Assembly (NCBI GenBank): GCA_052274345.1
Contig: DAVZGP010000008.1
Location: forward strand, 18,697-82,696
Length of the DNA: 64,000 nt
Reading direction: 5' to 3'
From: Clostridium sp.
GTDB taxonomy: Bacteria > Bacillota > Clostridia > Clostridiales > Clostridiaceae
Part shown: positions 21,910-30,799 of the stretch, one piece after another
Layout: the number at the start of each line of letters is the position of its first letter
How positions within the stretch are numbered: the first letter of the stretch is position 1
Position numbers and translations under genes: made by a program
Notes under the pieces: generated by a model
Seen by the model: only the letters and a program-made list of their open reading frames with translations
What the model was told of the DNA's origin: nothing
Databases searched by the model: none

Positions 21910-23265
21910 CTATTTAAAAATCTTTCTAAACCATAACAGGTTTCCAAAAAAATGCACATGTCCATAAACAGCTAAAGTGTTTTTCTTAACATATCCACAT
22001 AACCAACTTTTCTTGCTTCCATCATAAACCTCTTTAGAAAGCTTAAAGACCTTTTCTTCTTGTAAATCAACAAAAGATTTATGAAACTCATGACAATTTA
22101 TACTCATGTCTTTAGGTAAAACAGTATTTTCTATCTCCACCTTAATTTTCGCATATCCAAAATTCTGAAGTCTTGTGGTTAATGTATAATATCCATCAAA
22201 AAATCCAACAGCTTTATGTGTTATTTGTTCTTCACCTAAAGTTTTTTCACCCTGCGATCCTTCGCTTAGAGGTTTTTCCCCTAAAGTAAGGTACATTAAT
22301 CCTCCACATTCGGCGTAACAGTGCAAACCATTATCTAAAGCCTTTTTAATACTATGAAGCATAGATGTATTCCTTGCTAATTCCTTTTTAAATACCTCGG
22401 GGTACCCCCCACCTAAATAAAGAAAATCAATGTTGCTAGGTAGCTTCTTATCACTAAGTGGACTAAAGTATAGAAGTTCTCCGAGTTCCTCAAGAAGTTC
22501 TAAGTTTTCTTTATAATAAAAACTAAAGGCTTTGTCATAGGCAACAGCTATTCTTTTCCCATTATTTTCAACGTGAAAATCATCTACATATTTCTTGCTT
22601 TCTTTAAATTGTTCCAATAATAAATCCATATCCAAATGTTTCTCTAATAATTTTGCACATACTTCAATTTTTTCCTCAAGGTCCTCTATTTCGCTACTTT
22701 GAATTAACCCCAAATGTCTACTTTGCAAAGATAATTTCTCATCTTTTGGAAGATAACCTAAAACCTTTATATTACAGTTTTTATCAATAGCTGATTTAAG
22801 CAGTTTATAATAACTCTCAGTTATATTGTTTAATATTATCCCACATATATCCGCATCTTTAAAATTAACTATTCCATTAATTTCTGCGCAAAATGTTGCT
22901 ACCTGAGCTTTCGGAGACAATACAAGTATAATAGGTAAGTCTAAAACCTTAGACACATGATACGTAGAATATGCTGTATCTATGCCTTTGCCATCATATA
23001 ATCCCATTACGCCTTCAACTACTGCTAAATCACCACTCCCTCTAGTAAAACTAGCCTTAACTCCAGCTTCGCCCATAAGATATAAATCTAAATTTCTTGA
23101 ATCTTGTCCAGTTATTTTCGAATGAAATGCTGAATCTATATAATCAGGTCCTACTTTATAACCCTGCACCTTAAAGCCCCTATTTTTTAAAGCTTTCATA
23201 ATTCCAAGGGTTACCGTGGTTTTGCCCCCACCACTTGCATTGGATGCTATAACTATACTCCTCAT
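21910..23265 (-). CDS. cbiA: Cobyrinate a,c-diamide synthase
   Basis: SGGGKTT, KVGPDYID, EGVMGLYDG, RHLGL, GGGYPE, AECGGLMYL, HEFH motifs. Confidence 0.96.
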   Translation of the reverse strand: MRSIVIASNASGGGKTTVTLGIMKALKNRGFKVQGYKVGPDYIDSAFHSKITGQDSRNLDLYLMGEAGVKASFTRGSGDLAVVEGVMGLYDGKGIDTAYSTYHVSKVLDLPIILVLSPKAQVATFCAEINGIVNFKDADICGIILNNITESYYKLLKSAIDKNCNIKVLGYLPKDEKLSLQSRHLGLIQSSEIEDLEEKIEVCAKLLEKHLDMDLLLEQFKESKKYVDDFHVENNGKRIAVAYDKAFSFYYKENLELLEELGELLYFSPLSDKKLPSNIDFLYLGGGYPEVFKKELARNTSMLHSIKKALDNGLHCYAECGGLMYLTLGEKPLSEGSQGEKTLGEEQITHKAVGFFDGYYTLTTRLQNFGYAKIKVEIENTVLPKDMSINCHEFHKSFVDLQEEKVFKLSKEVYDGSKKSWLCGYVKKNTLAVYGHVHFFGNLLWFRKIFK

Positions 23266-23304
23266 TTATAACCACTTCCTTTTATGGACTATCAATTAAA
23301 ATCA

Positions 23305-23370
23305 ATTAGTTGTTAACCGTCCCTTAAGTTTTGATCCACCCCTTAAGTTCAATTAATTGTTAACCGTCCC
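23305..23370 (-). repeat. RAYT-associated repeat pair (23305..23323, 23352..23370)
   Basis: ATTAGTTGTTAACCGTCCC and ATTAATTGTTAACCGTCCC; the second lies in the cobD 3' end. Confidence 0.92.
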
Positions 23371-24471
23371 TAACATTTTGACTTTCAATTCTAATTCTTT
23401 TAAACACTGAATCATTTTTTCATTTCTAACATTATCCTTAATTGCGAGCCTTATAAACTGTTTGTCGAGTCCCCTAAAATTGTCTGCTTTTCTTATAACA
23501 AACCCTTGATCTAAACATAGTTTATAAAATTCATCTGAATCTATTCCTTTTAATTTGCACAATACAAAATTACCGTAGGTTAAAAACACCTTATCTAAAA
23601 AGAAAATATTATTTAACGCTTTTAGAAAAATAGGTCTTTCATCTTTTATCCATTGTTTACTTTTTTCAATATACCTATAATCCTTTAGAACATTAATTGC
23701 TGCAACTTCAGCAAAACAATTTATATTCCAAGGGTTTTGTTTGTCTTTAATTCTTTTTATTAATTCAGCATTACTACTTACTCCATATCCAAATCTTATG
23801 CCAGGCATCGCGAAAAATTTAGTTAAAGCCCTTATTATAAATAAACATTTGTAAGTTTTAACACTCTGTACAAAACTATGCTTATCATCGCCTGTAAATT
23901 CTATAAAAGCCTCGTCAATTATTATAACTTTATTATTACTCTCACAATAATGAAGAATCTTTATAAACTTAGCTTTATCAATGATATTACCATTAGGATT
24001 ATTAGGATTAGCTAGGATTAACCCTTCTACATTTCGTAATTTATTAAAAATATCTTCATAATCATATGAGAGCTGCACATATTTATGCTTTAACAAAACA
24101 GTGCCACTAAAATCCTCCTTCAAGTGTGAATATTCTATATTGCAAGCCCATTTTTTAGCGTCAATTTCATACTCTACAAAGGAAGGTACTACAATTAGTA
24201 AACTTCTAAGGCAAGATATAACTAAATCAATTATCTCAGCTGCTCCATTTCCTAAAACAAAATATTCTTCTGGACACCTAACGTATTTGCCTAATGCCCC
24301 TAACACATTCCTATATTGAATATCTGGATATCTAGTTAATGCATCAATTCCATCACTAATATTATCAATGAAGCTTTTAGGAACGCCAAGCGGATTTATA
24401 TTAGAACTATAATCTATTAATTCTCTTCCCTCAAGTAACCCATTAGTATAAATATCTCCACCATGTATCAT
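23353..24471 (-). CDS. cobD: Threonine-phosphate decarboxylase (PLP-dependent)
   Basis: HGG start, DYSSNINPLG, GNGAAE, NPNNPNG, DEAF, ALTKFFAMPGIRFGY; cob context. Confidence 0.9.
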   Translation of the reverse strand: MIHGGDIYTNGLLEGRELIDYSSNINPLGVPKSFIDNISDGIDALTRYPDIQYRNVLGALGKYVRCPEEYFVLGNGAAEIIDLVISCLRSLLIVVPSFVEYEIDAKKWACNIEYSHLKEDFSGTVLLKHKYVQLSYDYEDIFNKLRNVEGLILANPNNPNGNIIDKAKFIKILHYCESNNKVIIIDEAFIEFTGDDKHSFVQSVKTYKCLFIIRALTKFFAMPGIRFGYGVSSNAELIKRIKDKQNPWNINCFAEVAAINVLKDYRYIEKSKQWIKDERPIFLKALNNIFFLDKVFLTYGNFVLCKLKGIDSDEFYKLCLDQGFVIRKADNFRGLDKQFIRLAIKDNVRNEKMIQCLKELELKVKMLGTVNN

Positions 24472-24535
24472 CGAACACCCTCCTTTCTTCTGGTCCCCCT
24501 ACACTTGCAATTTTATCTACAAATAACATAAGACT

Positions 24536-25369
24536 CTAAATACCTTTATGTGTTTTTCCAACATTTTTAAAATTTTCATTAATTACATCATTAATGTGCT
24601 GTATATAAATATCTTGAACATCTACATTTTCTCCAAGCCCATGTAGATATATTCTTACTTTAAATCCCTCTGCCTCTAAAATATTTTTCCATGACTCTTC
24701 CTTTTCGCCAACCATATCATTCCTAACATGATCTCCTGCAACTAAGAGCATTGGCATTAGAATAACTTCCTTAGTCCCATTTGCTATAACATTTGGTATT
24801 ACTCTATCCAAAGTTGGGTATCCTTCAACTGTTGCTACATGAGCATTATTAAACCCTCTGTCCCTTAAAACACTTTCGAAGCAGCAATATACTGCATTCG
24901 CAATATGATTTGTACCATGGCCCATTAAAATTACTGTGTCATCTTTTGGTAATTGCTTTGATAAAGCATCAACCATTATTGTATAATCATCTGGCACGCC
25001 AGCCTGTTCTCCCTTAAAACATATAAGGGGTCTTCCTACCAAAATATTATCAAAAACATTACTTTCCTTATATTTATTAACTACATTATTTACATAATCA
25101 AATTCCGCTCCCGGAATAACATGCAAAGGTTGAATAATTACCTCATTATAACCTTCATTTTTAAGTTTTTCTAAAGCTTCCTCTGGTGTATCTATATAAA
25201 TATTATCTCTATTTTTAAGAACCTTAAGAATAATATGCGAAGTAAACGCTCTTCTTATATCGTAATCAACAAAGGTATTCTTTATTTTATCTTCTATTAC
25301 ATCAATAGTCACTTTTCTTGTATCTTCATATGTTGTTCCAAAACTTACAACTAAAATTGCCTTCTTCAT
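24536..25369 (-). CDS. cbiK: Sirohydrochlorin cobaltochelatase
   Basis: VSFGT, RAFTS, MGHGT, TVEGYP, VAGDH motifs. Confidence 0.95.
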   Translation of the reverse strand: MKKAILVVSFGTTYEDTRKVTIDVIEDKIKNTFVDYDIRRAFTSHIILKVLKNRDNIYIDTPEEALEKLKNEGYNEVIIQPLHVIPGAEFDYVNNVVNKYKESNVFDNILVGRPLICFKGEQAGVPDDYTIMVDALSKQLPKDDTVILMGHGTNHIANAVYCCFESVLRDRGFNNAHVATVEGYPTLDRVIPNVIANGTKEVILMPMLLVAGDHVRNDMVGEKEESWKNILEAEGFKVRIYLHGLGENVDVQDIYIQHINDVINENFKNVGKTHKGI

Positions 25370-25443
25370 TGTTTTATTCCACCTTATCATGTATTTTTCG
25401 GAATGTTAAACTCTATTTGCTCCTAATATCTTTTCAAAAAACA

Positions 25444-25477
25444 AAAAGTAGTTCACTTAAGATAGCGACTACTTTTT
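25444..25477 (-). terminator. Putative riboswitch-controlled terminator in cbiK leader
   Basis: AAAAGTAGT...ACTACTTTT hairpin followed on minus strand by T-rich run. Confidence 0.55.
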
Positions 25478-25511
25478 AATTAATTCGTAATAAATTAACT
25501 GCATTAAAAAG

Positions 25512-25655
25512 TTCTTTCCCTCCGAAAGCTTTGTTAACATCATTTAGGCAGGTCTCCTGGCTTTTGATTTCTCAATTACAGTAGCGGGGGCTGCTGTGGA
25601 TTTAAACCACATTCCCTTTTCACCTAATAATTTAGGCACCTAAAATTATATTCAA
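25512..25655 (-). ncRNA. Cobalamin riboswitch (compact form)
   Basis: Minus strand AGGTGC...AAAAGGGAATGTGGTTTAAATCCACAGCAGCCCCCGCTACTGTAA...AGCCAGGAGACCTGCC (B12 box), upstream of cbiK. Confidence 0.95.
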
Positions 25656-25665
25656 TTATATTATT

Positions 25666-25694
25666 ATTTTATTATAATTAAGGTTCAGTGTCAA
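25666..25694 (-). promoter_or_regulatory. SigA-type promoter for riboswitch-cbiK operon
   Basis: TTGACA-17 nt-TAAAAT immediately upstream of the aptamer. Confidence 0.8.
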
Positions 25695-25719
25695 TATCAT
25701 TTTAAAACTTAAACCTAGA

Positions 25720-25739
25720 GGGGACGGTTAACAACTAAT
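25720..25739 (+). repeat. RAYT-associated repeat, left flank of transposase
   Basis: GGGGACGGTTAACAACTAAT, pointing toward the gene. Confidence 0.92.
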
Positions 25740-25831
25740 GAACCAATGTACTTATTAGCCCACAAGAAAATGAATATCATTTTGCAACCTAGGTAACAAT
25801 TAAAATGATACTTATTAAGCGAGGTGATTTT

Positions 25832-26743
25832 ATGCCAAGAGCGGCAAGAATAAAAACAGATGATTCAATATTTCATATTATGTGTAAAAGTATAAGCGAG
25901 GTAACTTTATTCAAGGATGATGAAGATAAGAGACGGTATTTGTTACTTATAAAAAAGTATAAGACACTCCATAATTTCAAGCTTTACGGGTACTGTCTTA
26001 TGGATAACCATGCTCATTTAATGATTGATGCTAACGGCTGTGATATATCAAAAATAATGCACGGAATAAATTTTTCTTATGCAATGTATTTTAATAGAAA
26101 ATACGCGCGAGAAGGACACCTTTTTAAAGATAGATTTAAGAGTAAAATTGTTTATAGCGACAGGTATTTAAGGACCTTATCTCTTTACATGCACAATAAT
26201 CCTACAGCCATAGTTGAGTATAAAGATTCTCCTGAAAAATACATCTTTTCTAGTTTATCAATATTTTTAGGAAAAGAACCTGATTCTTTCAACCTAGTTG
26301 ATTATGTATTTGTTATGAGTCTATTTGGTAAAACCCTTAAAAGTGCAAGGAAAAATTACTATGACCTCCTCTTTAGATGTAATGAAGAAAAATTAGAACA
26401 AGAAATGGAATTTGAAGATGAAAAAACAGCTTATAATAGTGAAAGGAATATACTAATACGCAACTTTAAGCCAGAAGATATATTAGAATTCATAGCATCA
26501 AAAATGAATATATCAAAGATTCATCTTCATACTAAATACAGTAGAAAGTTTGTACATGCAAAAGCTTTAGCAGTTATTTTAATGAGAAGTCTTTGTAATT
26601 TTAAATCAAAAGATATATCTATAACACTTGGAAATATTACGCAAGCTAGAGTATCCAGATTAAGCAATATTGGTATAGGTTTAATTAGTACAGAAAAAAA
26701 ATATGAAAATATTATTGATGATTTTATTAAATGTTATACTTAA
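25832..26743 (+). CDS. HUH/Y1 REP-associated tyrosine transposase-like protein (RAYT/TnpA-REP) with C-terminal HTH
   Basis: MPR..R start, YCLMDNHAHL (HUH), YFNRKY.REGHLFKDRFKS, YMHNNP (catalytic Tyr), P..Y.FSS; C-terminal HTH-like DISITLGNITQARVSRL; ATG 25832 after GAGGTGA. Confidence 0.92.
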   Translation: MPRAARIKTDDSIFHIMCKSISEVTLFKDDEDKRRYLLLIKKYKTLHNFKLYGYCLMDNHAHLMIDANGCDISKIMHGINFSYAMYFNRKYAREGHLFKDRFKSKIVYSDRYLRTLSLYMHNNPTAIVEYKDSPEKYIFSSLSIFLGKEPDSFNLVDYVFVMSLFGKTLKSARKNYYDLLFRCNEEKLEQEMEFEDEKTAYNSERNILIRNFKPEDILEFIASKMNISKIHLHTKYSRKFVHAKALAVILMRSLCNFKSKDISITLGNITQARVSRLSNIGIGLISTEKKYENIIDDFIKCYT

Positions 26744-26886
26744 TAAGTATTATATAGAATTTTTAAAATTTAAAAATAATATATAACTTTGTTTTTTGTG
26801 ATAACCTTGGACAAGCATGGTAAATACGCTATTTATTAATACATAGAATCAAAATACTAGATTAAATAGTTAATTTAGTCGTAAAA

Positions 26887-26914
26887 AGGTGCAAATTCAA
26901 AAAAATTTGCACCT
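26887..26914. terminator. Terminator between convergent RAYT and cobS
   Basis: AGGTGCAAATT-loop-AATTTGCACCT with T run on minus strand. Confidence 0.75.
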
Positions 26915-26926
26915 AAATAATAGCTA

Positions 26927-26948
26927 ATTAATTGTTAACCGTCCCTAC
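26927..26948 (-). repeat. RAYT-associated repeat, right flank of transposase
   Basis: Minus strand GTAGGGACGGTTAACAATTAAT starting immediately after the cobS stop; inverted relative to 25720..25739. Confidence 0.92.
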
Positions 26949-27707
26949 TTATGCATGATTAATTGCAATAAATATAATCATTGTTAAAATCTCAACTAAT
27001 TCATTATTAGCTCCCAAACTATCTCCTGTAAGTCCTGTAATTTTACTCTCGCAGAATTTATTAAATAAGAAGCTTAAAAATAACCCTGGAACTATTAATA
27101 TAATACTTGTTTTGATTCCTATTAATACTGTTCCAAGTATAATAGTTATGATTCCAGCTATTACCAGTCTTTTCACATCAATATTCCCAATATATATATT
27201 TCCTGAACCTTTCTCTTTAGCATTTTTTCCTATAAACGATATAAATACCACAGTAAATCTTGCAATTATTGGAGTAGCTATTAATATAAGTGGTAAATTA
27301 ATTTGTATGATGGCGGTCACCGCCGCATATCGTGCTAACATATCAAATACTATAGCGATAGTTGCGAAAGTGCCTACTGAACTATCTTTCATAACCTCAA
27401 TTATTTTGTATTTATCACCTTTTAATGAAAAGAATCCATCGCATGTATCTCCAAGTCCATCAACATGCAATCCTCCAGTAATAATTATAGGTATAATAAC
27501 TACAAATATTGCTGTAATATTTACCGGTAGCACTTTTATTAACAAATAATAAACTACCCATTGAACTAGTCCTATAAATAATCCTACTATAGGAAAAAAT
27601 ATAGATCCTCGCTTAAAGTTTTCTTTCTCGCACTTTAAACTTTTATTTATAGGTATTCTAGTGAAAAACTGGAAAAACAGTAAAAAATCATTTAAATATT
27701 CTCTCAT
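26949..27707 (-). CDS. cobS: Adenosylcobinamide-GDP ribazoletransferase (cobalamin synthase)
   Basis: QFFTRIP, GGLHVDGLGDTCDG, MKDS, GLTGDSLGA motifs. Confidence 0.96.
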   Translation of the reverse strand: MREYLNDFLLFFQFFTRIPINKSLKCEKENFKRGSIFFPIVGLFIGLVQWVVYYLLIKVLPVNITAIFVVIIPIIITGGLHVDGLGDTCDGFFSLKGDKYKIIEVMKDSSVGTFATIAIVFDMLARYAAVTAIIQINLPLILIATPIIARFTVVFISFIGKNAKEKGSGNIYIGNIDVKRLVIAGIITIILGTVLIGIKTSIILIVPGLFLSFLFNKFCESKITGLTGDSLGANNELVEILTMIIFIAINHA

Positions 27708-27764
27708 TTATTACTTGCAATGCCCTACCATTGCAAGGTTCACCTCTTTCCTAGATAATAAAAA

Positions 27765-28313
27765 TCATTTTAATTTTAAAGATAACCCGCAAGAAACCAG
27801 ATATACCTCATCACTTTGGCTTGCTATATATTGATTTACGTACCCTGCTATATCCCTAAATACTCTACTAAGTTTAGTCTCAGGTACAAGACCAGAACCT
27901 ACCTCATTAGTTACCATAACTAAATTTTTATTAGATACCCTAGCTTTTAATATTAACTTTTCAAACTGAGTCTTTATATCATCTAATAATAAATCTATCT
28001 TTACCATAGACATACTATCAAAGTCCATTTTTTCCTTAAACATTAAATTAGTTATCATAATTGTAACGCAATCAAGTAGTATATTGTTTATATTATATTT
28101 TTCTATAGCCTTATCTAAATCCAAAAATCCCTCATAGGTTGTCCATCTTGCATTTCTCGAGTCTATATGTTTTTTTATTCGATTTTCCATTTCCACATCT
28201 GTAACTATTGCCGTTGCTATATATAAAACATCATCAGTCTCTTCGAAAATTTTTTCAGCAAACCCACTTTTACCACTTCTACTTCCACCAGTTACTAGAG
28301 TTATTTTACCCAT
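27765..28313 (-). CDS. cobU: Bifunctional adenosylcobinamide kinase / phosphate guanylyltransferase
   Basis: GGSRSGKS, YIATA, VTNEVGSGLVP, FRD.AG.VNQ motifs. Confidence 0.96.
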   Translation of the reverse strand: MGKITLVTGGSRSGKSGFAEKIFEETDDVLYIATAIVTDVEMENRIKKHIDSRNARWTTYEGFLDLDKAIEKYNINNILLDCVTIMITNLMFKEKMDFDSMSMVKIDLLLDDIKTQFEKLILKARVSNKNLVMVTNEVGSGLVPETKLSRVFRDIAGYVNQYIASQSDEVYLVSCGLSLKLK

Positions 28314-28326
28314 ATATAATCATCTC

Positions 28327-28914
28327 CTAGATATGCATAATAGCATCAATATATAAATTACCATATTCATATTTAATAATGCTTATATCACCATTTTTAC
28401 AACCAAATTTCCAAAATAAATCTATGTTTTCATCCATAATATAACAGTATATAGCTCTTATAACGCCAGAATGAGCACATATTAAAATATTATGAACATC
28501 TAACCTTTTAATATCATCCATAAAGCTCTTAACACGTTTGCATAACTCAATATAGCTCTCGCCCTGAGGTGGTACAAATTCTTTCCAATTATCCGTCCAA
28601 CACAAACATTCCTTAGGATAAAACATCTTAATCTCTTCGTAAGTTTTACCTTCAAAGTCGCCAAAATTAGTTTCATTTATTCTACTATCTTGTATAATCT
28701 CCATTTCTTTTAACCCTAAAGCTAGTTTTGCCATTTCTAAAGTTCTTATTTTATCACTAACATATACTCTATCTAGTTTAATATCATTAAAGAATTTTTT
28801 TGCCTTATTCCCTTGAATTACACCTATTTCATTTAGGCCTATATCCAAATTACCATAATAAGATCCTTTTCTATTTTCTTCAGTTTGACCATGTCTTAAC
28901 AAATATATATTCAT
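28327..28914 (-). CDS. cobC: Alpha-ribazole phosphatase (histidine phosphatase)
   Basis: RHGQT, NFGDFEG, GES, AHSGVI motifs; cob context. Confidence 0.9.
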   Translation of the reverse strand: MNIYLLRHGQTEENRKGSYYGNLDIGLNEIGVIQGNKAKKFFNDIKLDRVYVSDKIRTLEMAKLALGLKEMEIIQDSRINETNFGDFEGKTYEEIKMFYPKECLCWTDNWKEFVPPQGESYIELCKRVKSFMDDIKRLDVHNILICAHSGVIRAIYCYIMDENIDLFWKFGCKNGDISIIKYEYGNLYIDAIMHI

Positions 28915-28936
28915 AATTTATTCGCCCCAGTCTACC

Positions 28937-30025
28937 CTAAGATATGTCTAAGAGATTCTCTCTTATATCAATATACTTTTTACTATCAAGCTTCGCATCT
29001 TCGAACGTTCCCATATTATCCATTGTAAACAAAGCTGCTTCAATAATATTAAAAGCCAAAGGACAACCTGAACCTTCTCCAAGTCTCATGTTTAAATTAA
29101 GCATAGGTTTTAAGCCAATTTCTTTCATTACAAAAGCTGCTCCTGGTTCCGCAGATAAATGTGATGCAAATATATACCCTATTACTAATGGGTTTAATTT
29201 ATAAGCGCAGAGTGCTGCTGCTGATGCTATAAAACCATCAATAACAATAGGCACCCTATTTTTAGCTGCACCTAGAAAACAACCACACAGTCCTGAAATG
29301 TCAAATCCACCAACTTTTGAGATAACATCAATAACATCATTTTTATCTGGTTTATTTACCTCAATAGATTTTTTAATAACCTTTTTTTTATTAATAAATT
29401 GCTTTTCTGTAATTCCAGAGCCTTTCCCAACTGACCCTTCAACCTCAAGTCCAGAAAACACGCTTAAGATTGCTGCACTTGTAGCAGTATTTCCAACCCC
29501 CATTTCACCTGTTCCAAACAAATCATAACCCTTGCAAACTAAATCATCAACTGTTTCAATTCCAACTTCAATAGCCTTAATAGTCTGCTCTCTAGTCATT
29601 GCGGGTCCCTTCATCATGTTTTTAGTACCATACGCTATCTTTTTATTAATAATTTTAGGATTATTAAAATCTGCATCAACCCCTACATCTACAACAGTAA
29701 TATCACTTCCTGAAAATTTCGATAACGCATATACACCTGTTATCTTTTTAGTGAAATTATTCGTGACTGTAGCTGTTACGCTTTTAGGACAATTAGATAC
29801 ATCTTCCTCCACAACCCCATTATCACTACACATTATAACAACATTTTTTTTATTAATTTTATTATGTATGTTCCCAGTAATTCCTGCCATCTTAGCAATG
29901 ATATTTTCTAATTCACCAAGACTTCCTATAGGTTTTGATAAACTATCAAGCCTATTCCATGCCATTTTTATTGCTTCATTATTTGGCGGTTCTATACTTT
30001 CCAATGTTTCTTGTAGAAGTCCCAT
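28937..30025 (-). CDS. cobT: Nicotinate-nucleotide--DMB phosphoribosyltransferase
   Basis: KPIGSLG, GEMGVGNT, IDGFI, MRLGEGSG; ATG at 30025 after GGGG RBS. Confidence 0.96.
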   Translation of the reverse strand: MGLLQETLESIEPPNNEAIKMAWNRLDSLSKPIGSLGELENIIAKMAGITGNIHNKINKKNVVIMCSDNGVVEEDVSNCPKSVTATVTNNFTKKITGVYALSKFSGSDITVVDVGVDADFNNPKIINKKIAYGTKNMMKGPAMTREQTIKAIEVGIETVDDLVCKGYDLFGTGEMGVGNTATSAAILSVFSGLEVEGSVGKGSGITEKQFINKKKVIKKSIEVNKPDKNDVIDVISKVGGFDISGLCGCFLGAAKNRVPIVIDGFIASAAALCAYKLNPLVIGYIFASHLSAEPGAAFVMKEIGLKPMLNLNMRLGEGSGCPLAFNIIEAALFTMDNMGTFEDAKLDSKKYIDIRENLLDIS

Positions 30026-30122
30026 TTGTTTATCCCCCTGCTCATCTAAGTTTATTACATTAATAGTATTCCAAAGGAAAAACTTTTTCAAGCAAAACAA
30101 ATAATTAACATCAATAATGTTA

Positions 30123-30189
30123 ATTATTTGTTAACCGTCCCTACCTTAATCACTCTCAACAACACTAATTAGTTGTTAACCGTCCCTAC
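30123..30189 (-). repeat. RAYT-associated repeat pair (30123..30144, 30168..30189)
   Basis: Both read GTAGGGACGGTTAACAA[A/C]TAAT on minus strand. Confidence 0.92.
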
Positions 30190-30204
30190 TTATTCCTCAA
30201 ACTA

Positions 30205-30238
30205 AAAGAGCAGAGACACCTAAATGTCCCTGCTCTTT
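30205..30238 (-). terminator. Terminator downstream of DUF3892 gene
   Basis: AAAGAGCAG.GACA-loop-TGTC.CTGCTCTTT. Confidence 0.7.
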
Positions 30239-30248
30239 ATATTTTCTA

Positions 30249-30509
30249 CTAATAAATATCGTTATCATCTATAATTGGTAAGCTTTCTAAATTATTCGCT
30301 TTATTTTGATCAGGTAGACTTCTTAGGAATTCTTCCCCTTTTTTCGAAGTTGACACAGATACTCCACTTATATTTCCTTGCTTAGCTAATGAGACAGCTT
30401 GTTCTTTTGATATTATCTCTCCATTTTCAAGTTCGTATGCGGTTATCTCTCCTTGATTGTCTTTCGCCACTTTACTAATTGTATGAGTTGAGCCTTCGCT
30501 TTTATTCAT
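30249..30509 (-). CDS. DUF3892 domain small protein
   Basis: FLRSLPD...NNLESLP C-terminal motif. Confidence 0.8.
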   Translation of the reverse strand: MNKSEGSTHTISKVAKDNQGEITAYELENGEIISKEQAVSLAKQGNISGVSVSTSKKGEEFLRSLPDQNKANNLESLPIIDDNDIY

Positions 30510-30687
30510 AATAACACTACCTTTCCTATTATATTAAATGCATAAGTAAATGCACTTTTATTGATAGATACTAAAGCAATATTAGATATTATATAAAACA
30601 AAGTATCTTCCTATACAGTTTTACCAATTATATTAATTTTATGTTATGTATTATTTAAATTATATGGCAATAATATGGAGAGAGTTG

Positions 30688-30717
30688 TTGCAAGTTATTC
30701 GCATTTAGGTGTATACT
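30688..30717 (+). promoter_or_regulatory. Putative Zur-type operator overlapping promoter of Zn ABC genes
   Basis: Imperfect 7-1-7 palindrome TGCAAGT-T-ATTCGCA overlapping TTGCAA-18-TATACT. Confidence 0.45.
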
Positions 30718-30799
30718 ATTTGTTGCTACTATTATTTTATGCATATAATTATTGCATAATTGCATAATTAATTTTGTAATACTTATAAGGAGGAAATTT

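Noticed and set aside
24493..24502. GTCCCCCTAC (GTAGGGGGAC on minus strand) as a repeat remnant between cbiK and cobD
   Set aside because: Only the head matches; too short to count.
25832..26743. Ordinary IS200/IS605 element with TnpB
   Set aside because: No tnpB/iscB ORF adjacent, protein is too long and has RAYT-type GHLF..RF.S and Y..NP motifs.
29532..30104. 190-aa plus-strand ORF and other short ORFs antisense to or nested in known genes (e.g. 10998..11432, 27112..27549, 38545..38949)
   Set aside because: Shadow frames of well-supported genes, with no motifs or RBS.
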